Sequence record: NC_029121.1
Reading direction: 5' to 3' (one strand)
DNA: 24,000 bases
From: Bacillus phage Bp8p-C
Position numbers and translations under genes: made by a program. The notes under the pieces were generated by a model. The model was not told where the DNA came from and searched no databases. It was given only the letters and a program-made list of their open reading frames with translations. The first letter of the stretch is position 1; each line of letters opens with the position of its first letter. Positions 1 through 8,347 of this stretch are shown here, piece after piece.

Positions 1-10
1 AGAGATTCTT

Positions 11-283
11 ATGACAGCAATGACAACCCTAGCTCAGCCCGAGTATTCAAGAAGCGCAGTAGAATATTTCTTCCACGCTCTTTACCCTAATATGCACAAG
101 TACCAAGAAGAAGTAGACGCTACTACAAAAGAAAGTATGCTAGAGGACATGGTGTCATATCTTGTCGAAGGATGGGATAACCAGCACGAAGAGTTCGGAG
201 ACGAGTTAATCAAGTGTGTAGACTCCGATCTGTTTGAAGAGTGGGAAGAACTACGAAACATCAACAAAGATGTAGTAGTCTAA
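11..283 (+). CDS. hypothetical protein (90 aa)
   Basis: ATG-started ORF, co-oriented with neighbours, followed by AAAGGAGG of the next gene. Confidence 0.75.
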   Translation: MTAMTTLAQPEYSRSAVEYFFHALYPNMHKYQEEVDATTKESMLEDMVSYLVEGWDNQHEEFGDELIKCVDSDLFEEWEELRNINKDVVV

Positions 284-299
284 GAAAGGAGGTCAGCAA

Positions 300-512
300 G
301 TGCTTGATAAATCTTTTATATTCGCTATGCTGTACGAATCCGCATTAGGCAATCTAAAGTTTGAACGATGGTCATCGTCTAGTTGGAAAGATAGAGTGCT
401 GGGATTGGTTTTCTACTTCCCGAGTCTATTACTCGTTGTTATTGGATGGATTTACTTATACGTATACCTTCCTTTAGGAATGTGGTTCTACTCTATATTT
501 TCCAAGAAATAG
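300..512 (+). CDS. small membrane protein (70 aa, GTG start)
   Basis: AAAGGAGG upstream; hydrophobic segment VLGLVFYFPSLLLVVIGWIYLYVYLPLGMWFY. Confidence 0.7.
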   Translation: MLDKSFIFAMLYESALGNLKFERWSSSSWKDRVLGLVFYFPSLLLVVIGWIYLYVYLPLGMWFYSIFSKK

Positions 513-598
513 GTCATTACGTAAAGAACTATCCCAACGCCGAGGTGTTCTACAAATGAGTAAGCATCCCGGCGTTTACTAAAAGGAGATGAATAGGT

Positions 599-1009
599 AT
601 GGCGTTAATAAATGTTGAGTGTGAGAGATGTGGAGCAAGCTACAAAAAAATGGTAGACTACGTACGTGACTGCTTTTGGGATAGTGAGGATAGATTATAC
701 TACCACAAGTGTTATCTCGATGAGGGGACAGAAGTAGGCGGGCAGATGAACTCGGATATACTCATGATGAGCGTAAAGAAAGCCCATGTGTTACCAAAAG
801 AAGGTGACTACGTAGCAATTGACGATGAAAACCTGAGTGTGCTAATACTAGGTAGCGTTCTATTCGGTAAGCTCGTGTCTACCAGCGACAAAGAGTTCCT
901 AAAGGCACAGACAGAGAAGTACAGTTTAAATGATTACTCGCTATATAAAGTGATAGATACGAGCAAAAATCCTGTTGTTGTTTTAAAAAGAGTAGACTGG
1001 GAAAGCTGA
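599..1009 (+). CDS. hypothetical protein with N-terminal Cys/His residues (CERC...C...HKC)
   Basis: AAAAGGAGATGA upstream of ATG; CERC and HKC suggest a possible zinc-binding segment. Confidence 0.8.
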   Translation: MALINVECERCGASYKKMVDYVRDCFWDSEDRLYYHKCYLDEGTEVGGQMNSDILMMSVKKAHVLPKEGDYVAIDDENLSVLILGSVLFGKLVSTSDKEFLKAQTEKYSLNDYSLYKVIDTSKNPVVVLKRVDWES

Positions 1010-1012
1010 GGG

Positions 1013-1045
1013 AGGGTACAATTAACTTTGTACTCTTTTTTTTAT
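1013..1045 (+). terminator. Rho-independent terminator
   Basis: AGGGTACA-ATTAACTT-TGTACTCT stem (one G.U) followed by a T-rich run. Confidence 0.75.
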
Positions 1046-1052
1046 TTTATAG

Positions 1053-1081
1053 TTGAAGTTACAGACTGGTTATAGTATAAT
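1053..1081 (+). promoter_or_regulatory. sigmaA-type promoter
   Basis: TTGAAG - 17 bp - TATAAT, immediately after the terminator and 31 bp before the 1112 ATG. Confidence 0.75.
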
Positions 1082-1111
1082 TTGGTTATAACTTAAGAGG
1101 AGGAATATAGT

Positions 1112-1681
1112 ATGGAAAAGAGAAAACTACCTAATAACAAGTTTAACAATCTATCAGAGGAAGATTGGAAAGAGGCAAACGAAGTAACTTCCGCAAACCA
1201 CTGGCAGGACGTATTAGTAAACCCGCCACATAGAGTTCTTAAACCGGAGGAAGTAAAACAGCTGACTCATGCAGACTATGCTCATATGTATAAAAAAGCT
1301 ATAGCATATGTAAACCAAGTCTTAAAGGCGCATTACGCTGACCGAGCTGATGAAAGTGTATTACAGATTTTTCTAAAAAATAGTGAGTACTCTGAGGCTG
1401 TTGTTTTAGACGTGGTAACGGAACTACAGACTGCCGGGTGGAATGCAAGGCTCGAGAGTGCTGGAAGAGAAGATAGAAGTAAACCAAACAATAGGGAGTG
1501 CTTTGCTGTCATCAAAATCTATATTCCTCGAGAACAGCGTATTTTGACTGAGGAGCAAGAGAGACAGTTAGATAAAGACGAAGAGAACTGGAGACGGGCG
1601 AAGGCTCTCGCAGCACTTGTACAACAGTCTTTGCTCAGGGGTTCAGGTATGATAAAGGAGGATAGAAAAGATGATCAGTAA
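1112..1681 (+). CDS. hypothetical protein, tandem paralogue 1
   Basis: AGAGGAGGAA RBS; shares the EL..GW pattern with the next two ORFs. Confidence 0.85.
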   Translation: MEKRKLPNNKFNNLSEEDWKEANEVTSANHWQDVLVNPPHRVLKPEEVKQLTHADYAHMYKKAIAYVNQVLKAHYADRADESVLQIFLKNSEYSEAVVLDVVTELQTAGWNARLESAGREDRSKPNNRECFAVIKIYIPREQRILTEEQERQLDKDEENWRRAKALAALVQQSLLRGSGMIKEDRKDDQ

Positions 1682-2189
1682 GCTGTGGGGAAGTATCCGT
1701 AAGTTAGGTAAGTGGAAGGATACAGAGCATACTTTTACCCCTCCTAAACCTTCCGGACTAACATCCCCTGAACAAATGTTAAGAGACTGGGATATAGAGA
1801 GTCGCAAACAATACACTCAGAGATATGCTCAGGTTAAAAAAGAAGTTGATGAAAAAATAAGCGGTGCCTATAAGTACTCCGCAGATGGGAAGTTCGTAAT
1901 TATAGATTTTCGTAAAGGCGAGTATAACTCGATGATACTTGACGAAGTTATAAAGGAATTGATTGAATTAGGGTGGGAGGTTGCAACTCGGATGACCGAG
2001 AAAGAATTTATACCTCCGTGGTACGAGGATGACCCCTGCATAAATTTTATAGGTCATTTTTTCGAGGTGTGCGTCGCCCAGCCGGGAGAACTACACGAGG
2101 CTATCAAGGGAACTGATTTCATCGTTTTTGGAGAGGAGAGTACTCGAATTGAAAAAGAACACGTTCCGCAAGATATGGGAAAAGATTAA
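1671..2189 (+). CDS. hypothetical protein, tandem paralogue 2
   Basis: ATG-started ORF overlapping the previous stop, AAAGGAGG upstream. Confidence 0.85.
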   Translation: MISKLWGSIRKLGKWKDTEHTFTPPKPSGLTSPEQMLRDWDIESRKQYTQRYAQVKKEVDEKISGAYKYSADGKFVIIDFRKGEYNSMILDEVIKELIELGWEVATRMTEKEFIPPWYEDDPCINFIGHFFEVCVAQPGELHEAIKGTDFIVFGEESTRIEKEHVPQDMGKD

Positions 2190-2610
2190 GTACTCAAGAA
2201 AGATTAGGTACACAGAGATATTATCGCCCTCAGAAATCCAAGAATCCGCTTCCTTCTCGATTTACCGAGAGTTTGCTGAACTTAAAAAGATAGTAGCGGA
2301 CGATGTTAAGAAATGGAACAAAGCAAAACCTTATGAAAAACAGCATTCAGTACTTATCAAGAAAGGTAAGTTCTCAACAGAGGCATTTAACTCTCTGTTC
2401 AATCACTTACGAGGTATAGGTTGGGATGTAAAAGTAAAAAACTACGTTAAATCGGAGCTTAACCGAGGAATGCTTCTCAGGGGATGTTTAGAACCTTACA
2501 GCTATACGGAATACATTAAGGTAGAGATTTCATTTCCGGAAGAGCAAGTAGAGAACACAAATAAAGTTAAACTCGACGAGTTACTCAAAGGAGAGAATAT
2601 TAATGGATAG
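2128..2610 (+). CDS. hypothetical protein, tandem paralogue 3 (true start possibly TTG at 2149)
   Basis: Long ORF; GGAGAGGAG at about 2130-2138 suits a start at 2149 better than one at 2128. Confidence 0.75.
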   Translation: MERRVLELKKNTFRKIWEKIKYSRKIRYTEILSPSEIQESASFSIYREFAELKKIVADDVKKWNKAKPYEKQHSVLIKKGKFSTEAFNSLFNHLRGIGWDVKVKNYVKSELNRGMLLRGCLEPYSYTEYIKVEISFPEEQVENTNKVKLDELLKGENING

Positions 2611-2863
2611 AGTCAAACTAGCTGAAAAGTTAAAAGAAACTGAAGAAGGTATCAAAAGTATCGAGGATAATCTCGCAGCAATCAGAAGCCACTATTTTAA
2701 ATGGGGGAGACTGTCGTTGGAGATCGAAACCGCTGATTATGTTCATACAGGAACAGAGGATTATATCAGTTTTAATACTGAACTAATGGAAGCATATCTC
2801 GTAAAAGAAAAAGAGAGACTCCAAGAGAAGTCATCTGACATCATTAAAGAAATGACTCAGTGA
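2603..2863 (+). CDS. hypothetical protein (86 aa)
   Basis: ATG ORF overlapping the previous gene end; AAAGGAGAG upstream. Confidence 0.75.
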   Translation: MDRVKLAEKLKETEEGIKSIEDNLAAIRSHYFKWGRLSLEIETADYVHTGTEDYISFNTELMEAYLVKEKERLQEKSSDIIKEMTQ

Positions 2864-2929
2864 AGTAGCACACATAAATTACCACCAACTAAACCGGTAC
2901 CGTCATAACCGAAAGAAGGAGAATGACCA

Positions 2930-3439
2930 ATGAATCATACAGATAGTAAGAAATGGAACAGAAAAATAACTGTTGTACACACTACACCGAGAAGTATGAA
3001 AGCTTATCACGAAGGGGAGCCGTTTTACGCATTTGTAGAACCTTTTGTAGAGTCTTGCCCCGTTGAAGTATATTGCGACTACATTCAACCGTTGCATATG
3101 GGACTAGTAAAAATTTGTTCCTACTTAGAACCATCTAAACCTCACGGAAAACTAGTAGTTAGCGAAGTTTTCCTAGATACGTATCTAAGAGAAACTAGAG
3201 AGTCGTTTACTTCGAATTTTCCTCAAGGCAGCTACGACTTCGAGTTTATATCGGGTGACATTATATATACAATTCATGCACTACATGACATGAATATTCG
3301 TATAGATCGTCAAAGAGAACTACCAAAGAAATCGGTATCAGGTATAATCCCGAGTGAAATACTAAGCAGACTAGAGAAAGTATATCTCGACGGGAACGAA
3401 GTTGTTAATTTCCTCATAGCAGAGAAAGGATCGGAGTAA
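2930..3439 (+). CDS. hypothetical protein (169 aa)
   Basis: GAAAGAAGGAGAATGACCAATG translation start region. Confidence 0.85.
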   Translation: MNHTDSKKWNRKITVVHTTPRSMKAYHEGEPFYAFVEPFVESCPVEVYCDYIQPLHMGLVKICSYLEPSKPHGKLVVSEVFLDTYLRETRESFTSNFPQGSYDFEFISGDIIYTIHALHDMNIRIDRQRELPKKSVSGIIPSEILSRLEKVYLDGNEVVNFLIAEKGSE

Positions 3440-3459
3440 GTCTAGGAGGTCGAATAGAA

Positions 3460-3843
3460 ATGATAGTAGAAAACGGATACTACTGGCATATGAAGGGTTG
3501 CCCTTCTGCATTCGTTTACACCACCGCAGAGGGTGTAGAGAAGTTCAATAAAGGGGAAATTTTTTACGGTAGTTTGGTACCTTTTGAGGATGGTAATGAG
3601 ATTAAAATGAATCTCCTGTTTCTGACGCCTTTGGACAGTGGAATAGTGAAAGCGGAAACGAGAGGGCAAGTGGAAAAAGTTTTAGTATGGCTGCCTCCCG
3701 GGTTTCTATTCTCCGATGGAAGTACTTCTGAGCTAAGTGACGAACTACTAGAGTATTTGTTTAATCACTTTGGGTTAGTAAAGTCTCCCGAAGAGTTAGA
3801 GGAAGTTAAAGAGCGTATTGAGCTCCTACACGGAGCTAAGTAA
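3460..3843 (+). CDS. hypothetical protein (127 aa)
   Basis: CTAGGAGG RBS upstream of ATG. Confidence 0.8.
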   Translation: MIVENGYYWHMKGCPSAFVYTTAEGVEKFNKGEIFYGSLVPFEDGNEIKMNLLFLTPLDSGIVKAETRGQVEKVLVWLPPGFLFSDGSTSELSDELLEYLFNHFGLVKSPEELEEVKERIELLHGAK

Positions 3844-4065
3844 TGTCATAAAACCCTTCAGCAAGAAACGATATCTTAACTTCCCCTATATTAGGTAAAG
3901 AAGGGAGGTTATGGTATTAGACGGAGAGGATAAGCCGACATACTTAGCCAACTTTATCCTAGTATACGATCTCTATTCAAAGTAACTAATGTGCTCTACT
4001 ATTTACTTGCTCTCGGCAAAAACAGGAGGCAGGTGTTCCAATAATTTGTAAGGGAGCTCATTTTA

Positions 4066-5841
4066 TTGGAGAATAGCAAACACGTTTATTTCATTGACTT
4101 TGAAAAACATGGTATTAAATCAAATGGAACAGCAGCAAGAGAGACAACAGACGGATTCGTATCCGCACTAAACGACGCCGTAAACAGCGGGTATAAAACT
4201 GTGTACGTCCCTAAAGGTAATTATCTGATTGACGCAGTCGGAGAAGACAAGATGCCCGAGTATGGCGGAGGTATTCAATTCCCATCAAACATCGAAGTTA
4301 TTTTCCACAAAGAGGCAGTTTTCAAGGTTGAACCTAACAGTTCCACTGGTTATGCCTGCTTTAACTTGGAGAATGTCGATAATGTCATCCTGAGAGGCGG
4401 CTGCGTGGTCGGAGAGCGCTTTGAACACGATTATGATATGAATGTATCAAAGTTCCGTAAAACCCATGAGTGGGGCTACGGAGTGCATATACGAGGATGT
4501 AGAAATATTCTCGTTGAAGACATGCACATTTCAGACTGTACAGGAGACTGTATATGGGTTCCTGCTCATGGTATGATGAACTGGGGAGACACAGTATACA
4601 TTCCTTCTGAATCAATCACAATCAGAAAGTGCCGCACTGAAAGAGGACGTAGAAACAACATCGCTACAGACGGGTGTCTTGGACTTCTTATTGACGACTG
4701 TGACATTGTCGAAGCTGGCGGAGATACAATAGGACCGCAGCTAGGGATCGACTTAGAAGGTTTTGCAGAGGACGGGATTAAGTACGGACACCCTTATGAA
4801 ATTAACATCACTAATAACCGCTTCCGTGAAAACGGACGAGGTTCCCTCAACATAAACGTATCTGCGAAGGTTCATGCTACAAACAACTTCTCAGATGACG
4901 TATTCAGCTATGGTTATTCTTCAGACGTTTCCATTTGCAACAACAAGATCATTAATGAATCCGGTAAAGTAAGAAAGTACGGTATTGACTCCATCCGTAA
5001 GTCCAGCACCGAGACAGGTAACCGAGCCATTATCACCGGTAACCATATCATCGGTTTCGAGATCGGTATATGTGCTCGTGGACTAGGAGTAAAAATAGCT
5101 AATAACTACCTAAAAGATATATCTTCTATAGGTATTTATCCCTATTTAGCAGAAGAAGTTAGCGTTTCCGATAACATTATTGATAGTAATTGCTTGCATG
5201 TATGGGTACGTGAATCTAAAGATGTAAAAATTAGCGACAACAAAACTAAAGGTGCGGCTAATCATTTTGCGTACCGAGTCGAGGCTTCTTCTGACGTCCT
5301 TATCTCAGACAGCAAATCACAGTCTAAAGGCGGAATCCAAGTTATCCGGTCCCGTAAAGTTATTCTTAAAGACAACGATCTTTCCCTTACTGGAGCAGAC
5401 TACGGAATCCAGTGGGACAAACAATCTGAAGTGGAAGTCCTAAACAACACAGTTAGAGACGCAGCCATGATCGCAATTGCAGGCAACTCCGAGCTATACC
5501 CAAGTGTTATTAAAGGAAACAACATCAAAGACTGTACATACTTGGTAGGCTTATATGTGAATGGAGGCAGCAATCACATTCTATGGGACAACGACATATC
5601 ATTCAGAGGTACCGGAACAACAAACGGGGGTTACGGCGTCCAACTAGTCGGAACAGAAAACGTATGGCTTATGAACAACAAAGTACGCACATCTAATGGT
5701 CGTCTATTAAGCAGCGCATACGAATCCCGCAACTCAAAGAAAACAATGTACATCAACAACGCACTACAGGCAGGGAGAATTTATTCCCACGAGAGCGATT
5801 ACGTAAACGGAACTATCGAACTCCCATTTTCTACTCAATAA
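4066..5841 (+). CDS. right-handed parallel beta-helix (pectate-lyase-like fold) protein, probable tail/appendage depolymerase or receptor-binding protein
   Basis: TTG start after AAGGGAG; N-terminal ...IKSNGTAARETTDGFVSALNDAVNSGYKTVYVPKGNYLI..., then many short repeats (ITNNRF, ISDNIID, ISDNKT, LKDNDLSL, IKGNNIKD, ...) typical of parallel beta-helices. Confidence 0.85.
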   Translation: MENSKHVYFIDFEKHGIKSNGTAARETTDGFVSALNDAVNSGYKTVYVPKGNYLIDAVGEDKMPEYGGGIQFPSNIEVIFHKEAVFKVEPNSSTGYACFNLENVDNVILRGGCVVGERFEHDYDMNVSKFRKTHEWGYGVHIRGCRNILVEDMHISDCTGDCIWVPAHGMMNWGDTVYIPSESITIRKCRTERGRRNNIATDGCLGLLIDDCDIVEAGGDTIGPQLGIDLEGFAEDGIKYGHPYEINITNNRFRENGRGSLNINVSAKVHATNNFSDDVFSYGYSSDVSICNNKIINESGKVRKYGIDSIRKSSTETGNRAIITGNHIIGFEIGICARGLGVKIANNYLKDISSIGIYPYLAEEVSVSDNIIDSNCLHVWVRESKDVKISDNKTKGAANHFAYRVEASSDVLISDSKSQSKGGIQVIRSRKVILKDNDLSLTGADYGIQWDKQSEVEVLNNTVRDAAMIAIAGNSELYPSVIKGNNIKDCTYLVGLYVNGGSNHILWDNDISFRGTGTTNGGYGVQLVGTENVWLMNNKVRTSNGRLLSSAYESRNSKKTMYINNALQAGRIYSHESDYVNGTIELPFSTQ

Positions 5842-5857
5842 AGGAGGAACACTCATA

Positions 5858-6550
5858 GTGGCAGACAAGTATAACAATTACGCAGAACTACGAGCGGCAG
5901 AACAAATCGGTAAGGACTACCACATCTTTTGTGACCTATTCAGCGATGAAATGATCTTGGTTGTCCCTCACGGCGGGGGTATTGAACCCGGTACGACGGA
6001 ACTATCACAAGAAGTAGATTTTCGTATTAAGGGCGGGCTTATTAGTTCTTACTCGTTCAATACAACCAAGTCTTCTAATAACCTTGACCTTCATATCACA
6101 AGCGCTAACTTTGATGAACCAATCGGGGTAGGGGCGGTCACGAACCATAAGCACGCTATCTCTTTCCACGGATACGCAGACAGCAAGAATGAAAACACAA
6201 TCGTTGGCGGGCTTGACGAGGAGTTCAAAGAGATTGTTATTAGACATCTTCAAGCACAGGGTTTTAATGCCGAGGCAGCTACAACTAGATTTACTGGTAC
6301 CGACCCTAATAACATTGTGAATCGTTGCGAGCATGGAGCGGGCGTGCAGCTCGAACTAAGTACATTGCAGCGTAAGAGATTTTTCTTTCATGATGACTGG
6401 TCTGCGGGTAACCGACATTACCGTACCAAGGTGCTAGAACGTTACGCTAGTGCAGTTGCGCTCGCTATCGAGGAGTATACGGATGGTCGGATTGTTACCG
6501 ATGAAGATAACCTTTATATCTCAATGCAGTCTCATAGTAACGATTTGTAA
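5858..6550 (+). CDS. pghP: poly-gamma-glutamate hydrolase family protein (PghP-like)
   Basis: GTG start after AAAGGAGGAACA; motifs VPHGGGIEPGTTEL, HITSANFDEP, AISFHGYAD, VGGLDEE, GTDPNNIVNRCEHGAGVQLELSTLQRKRFF match the remembered PhiNIT1 PghP family pattern. Confidence 0.92.
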   Translation: MADKYNNYAELRAAEQIGKDYHIFCDLFSDEMILVVPHGGGIEPGTTELSQEVDFRIKGGLISSYSFNTTKSSNNLDLHITSANFDEPIGVGAVTNHKHAISFHGYADSKNENTIVGGLDEEFKEIVIRHLQAQGFNAEAATTRFTGTDPNNIVNRCEHGAGVQLELSTLQRKRFFFHDDWSAGNRHYRTKVLERYASAVALAIEEYTDGRIVTDEDNLYISMQSHSNDL

Positions 6551-6569
6551 AAATATGGTAATAGGTATT

Positions 6570-6600
6570 AAGCACTCAAATTTTTTTGGGTGCTTTTTTC
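6570..6600 (+). terminator. Rho-independent terminator of the plus-strand block
   Basis: AAGCACTC-loop-GGGTGCTT followed by TTTTTT. Confidence 0.85.
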
Positions 6601-6976
6601 TGTTCTTTGATCTCATACATAAGGGCGTTATAAAAACTCTATATACACACGGGGAGGGGTGGCTAGTAGGGGGTATCCGAAGGGGTTATATAGGGGGTTT
6701 CTGAAGGGGAAAGATGGGGTAACGAATCGTGACGCCACAGGGGACTTGAAATTTGTTTCTGAAGCGGTAAGGGTTTGTTTTCTTTGGGTCGTCGTCGGTG
6801 GGGGAAGTAGTGAGGGAGATTCACGTTTAAGATACTATATATTTTACCTTTAAAATTTTTTTGGAAAATTTCTACCCGGGGTAGAGGGTATCACATAGGG
6901 TACCTACGCTTTATGAGAAAAAAACATACGGGGTGGGGTAGATGTCGGAATAGTCAGACAATTAACACCATAAAGA

Positions 6977-6996
6977 AAGAGGACATTAGCCCTCTT
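6977..6996 (-). terminator. weak terminator-like hairpin at the end of the minus-strand module
   Basis: AAGAGGGC-TAAT-GTCCTCTT stem (one G.U) overlapping the stop codon, followed by TCTTTATGG (poor T-tract). Confidence 0.4.
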
Positions 6997-7339
6997 ATTC
7001 CGGTAGGTACTCGCCGCCGTAGAAATAGCAATCTTCTTCCGGCTCTTCTCCCCACTTCTCGTCGTATTGATCGTCTAGTCTATACCCTCTCTCAGATACG
7101 TATATGAATGCGTCGTCCCCTTCATTGAATGCATATGATGCGATGTATTGTTTTTTAATCAAGCTGCTTAATACTCCTCTAATCTGTCTTACTGGAATGC
7201 TTGTTCCTTCTGCGATGTCTTCCGCTTCTAGGTTAGAATAGTGCTTCTCGTACATGCCTTCTGTAAGTAGCCAATTCATTACTTTACCTTCCATGACTGT
7301 CATCTTACCTGCCGCCTGTAGTTCGTTGATCTTTTTCAT
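6995..7339 (-). CDS. small winged-helix-like protein (possible DNA-binding regulator)
   Basis: MEGKVMNWLLTEG...LEAEDIAEGTSIPVRQIRGVLSSLIKKQYIASYAF...FIYVSERGYRL resembles a wHTH layout; GGGAGCGG RBS. Confidence 0.75.
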   Translation of the reverse strand: MKKINELQAAGKMTVMEGKVMNWLLTEGMYEKHYSNLEAEDIAEGTSIPVRQIRGVLSSLIKKQYIASYAFNEGDDAFIYVSERGYRLDDQYDEKWGEEPEEDCYFYGGEYLPE

Positions 7340-7379
7340 TTCATCCGCTCCCTGTATGTAATGTTTTATTTCTAACTTT

Positions 7380-7412
7380 AGTATATCATGAGGGTTGACT
7401 TTGTGTCAACCC
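7380..7412 (-). promoter_or_regulatory. palindromic promoter-operator unit 1
   Basis: Minus: GGGTTGAC-ACAAA-GTCAACCC, TTGACA-18-TATACT with TG one base before the -10. Confidence 0.85.
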
Positions 7413-7428
7413 TTTTAGTGAAAAAAGT

Positions 7429-7647
7429 TTAGTTTAATTCTTTTAGTTGGCGTTCCACCTCATCAAGGTCTTCCTGTGCTTCATGGGCACAATCCATAAG
7501 CCCTTCACGGTTGAACTCGTATTCCTCACCATCCGGCATACGGTCCACGTCTTCCCACAACTGTTCAATCATTTCTTCTAGTTCCGTTTTCTGCTTAAGT
7601 AATTCCTCTTTTTTCTTCTTAAGTAATTCCTCTTTAGTGAATGTCAT
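7429..7647 (-). CDS. hypothetical coiled-coil protein (72 aa)
   Basis: GGGGAGCGGG upstream; Lys/Glu/Leu-rich heptad-like sequence. Confidence 0.75.
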   Translation of the reverse strand: MTFTKEELLKKKKEELLKQKTELEEMIEQLWEDVDRMPDGEEYEFNREGLMDCAHEAQEDLDEVERQLKELN

Positions 7648-7688
7648 ATTAACCCGCTCCCCTTATGTAATGTTTTATTTCTAACTTT

Positions 7689-7721
7689 AGTATATCATGA
7701 GGGCTGACACTATGTCAACCC
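7689..7721 (-). promoter_or_regulatory. palindromic promoter-operator unit 2
   Basis: Minus: GGGTTGAC-ATAGT-GTCAGCCC, TTGACA-18-TATACT. Confidence 0.85.
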
Positions 7722-7737
7722 TTTTAGTGAAAAGTTT

Positions 7738-7986
7738 TTAAAGTGTGAAAGCCGTGTTGAAATTTTCAATTTGAATCATGCCGCCGTTATTGAATATCTG
7801 CATATCAGCGACAATATCCCCTATGATGTGAGAAAGATCGAACTGAATCATGACATCGTCGTATAACTCACTGTTTCGCTTGTTCTTCCATACAGGTAAA
7901 TAGTTGATAGTGCTACTCCTCATATACCGCTTTACATTCTCCCTGTCTGTATACCCTAATACCGTTTGACTAGTCATTGTGTACAA
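7738..7986 (-). CDS. hypothetical protein (82 aa)
   Basis: ORF overlapping the end of the upstream 7970-8260 gene; probably cotranscribed. Confidence 0.65.
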   Translation of the reverse strand: MYTMTSQTVLGYTDRENVKRYMRSSTINYLPVWKNKRNSELYDDVMIQFDLSHIIGDIVADMQIFNNGGMIQIENFNTAFTL

Positions 7987-8260
7987 CCCCTATCCAGCTT
8001 TCCATATACTCGTGTACCTCATGTTCATCGTCTGTACGAATCGCAATGAGTTCACATGTCCAAGATGTCACAGGTTTAGCATGAATGATTAAATAGTCAG
8101 TGGTTATCGTCTCCCCTGCAATAGTAAGACCGTAAGCGTCAAATATCACGTAGCTATCTTGGACAACTCCCTCATACTCATAGAAGTCATACCCACCCTG
8201 CACCGCTTGATTAATCACGTCTAATAATTCCTCTTTGTTAATAACTGTTTCTTTTCTCAT
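7970..8260 (-). CDS. hypothetical protein (96 aa)
   Basis: AAAGGAGCGG RBS, canonical promoter upstream. Confidence 0.75.
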   Translation of the reverse strand: MRKETVINKEELLDVINQAVQGGYDFYEYEGVVQDSYVIFDAYGLTIAGETITTDYLIIHAKPVTSWTCELIAIRTDDEHEVHEYMESWIGVVHND

Positions 8261-8299
8261 GTCATCCGCTCCTTTATGTATTGCTTTATTTCTAACTTT

Positions 8300-8332
8300 A
8301 GTATAACATGAGGGCTGACACTATGTCAACCC
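8300..8332 (-). promoter_or_regulatory. palindromic promoter-operator unit 3
   Basis: Minus: GGGTTGAC-ATAGT-GTCAGCCC, TTGACA-18-TATACT. Confidence 0.85.
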
Positions 8333-8347
8333 CTTTAGTGAAAAAGA

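Noticed and set aside
82-267. Short minus-strand ORFs in the 1-6.5 kb plus block (82-267, 1299-1487, 1333-1515, 2903-3097, 3442-3669, 4385-4615, 6005-6334)
   Set aside because: All overlap better-supported plus-strand genes and lack signals.
6450-7107. Plus-strand ORFs 6450-6704, 6659-6853, 6913-7107
   Set aside because: They cross a strong terminator or lie in a G-rich non-coding junction; compositions (GGG/RRG-rich) look like fortuitous open frames.
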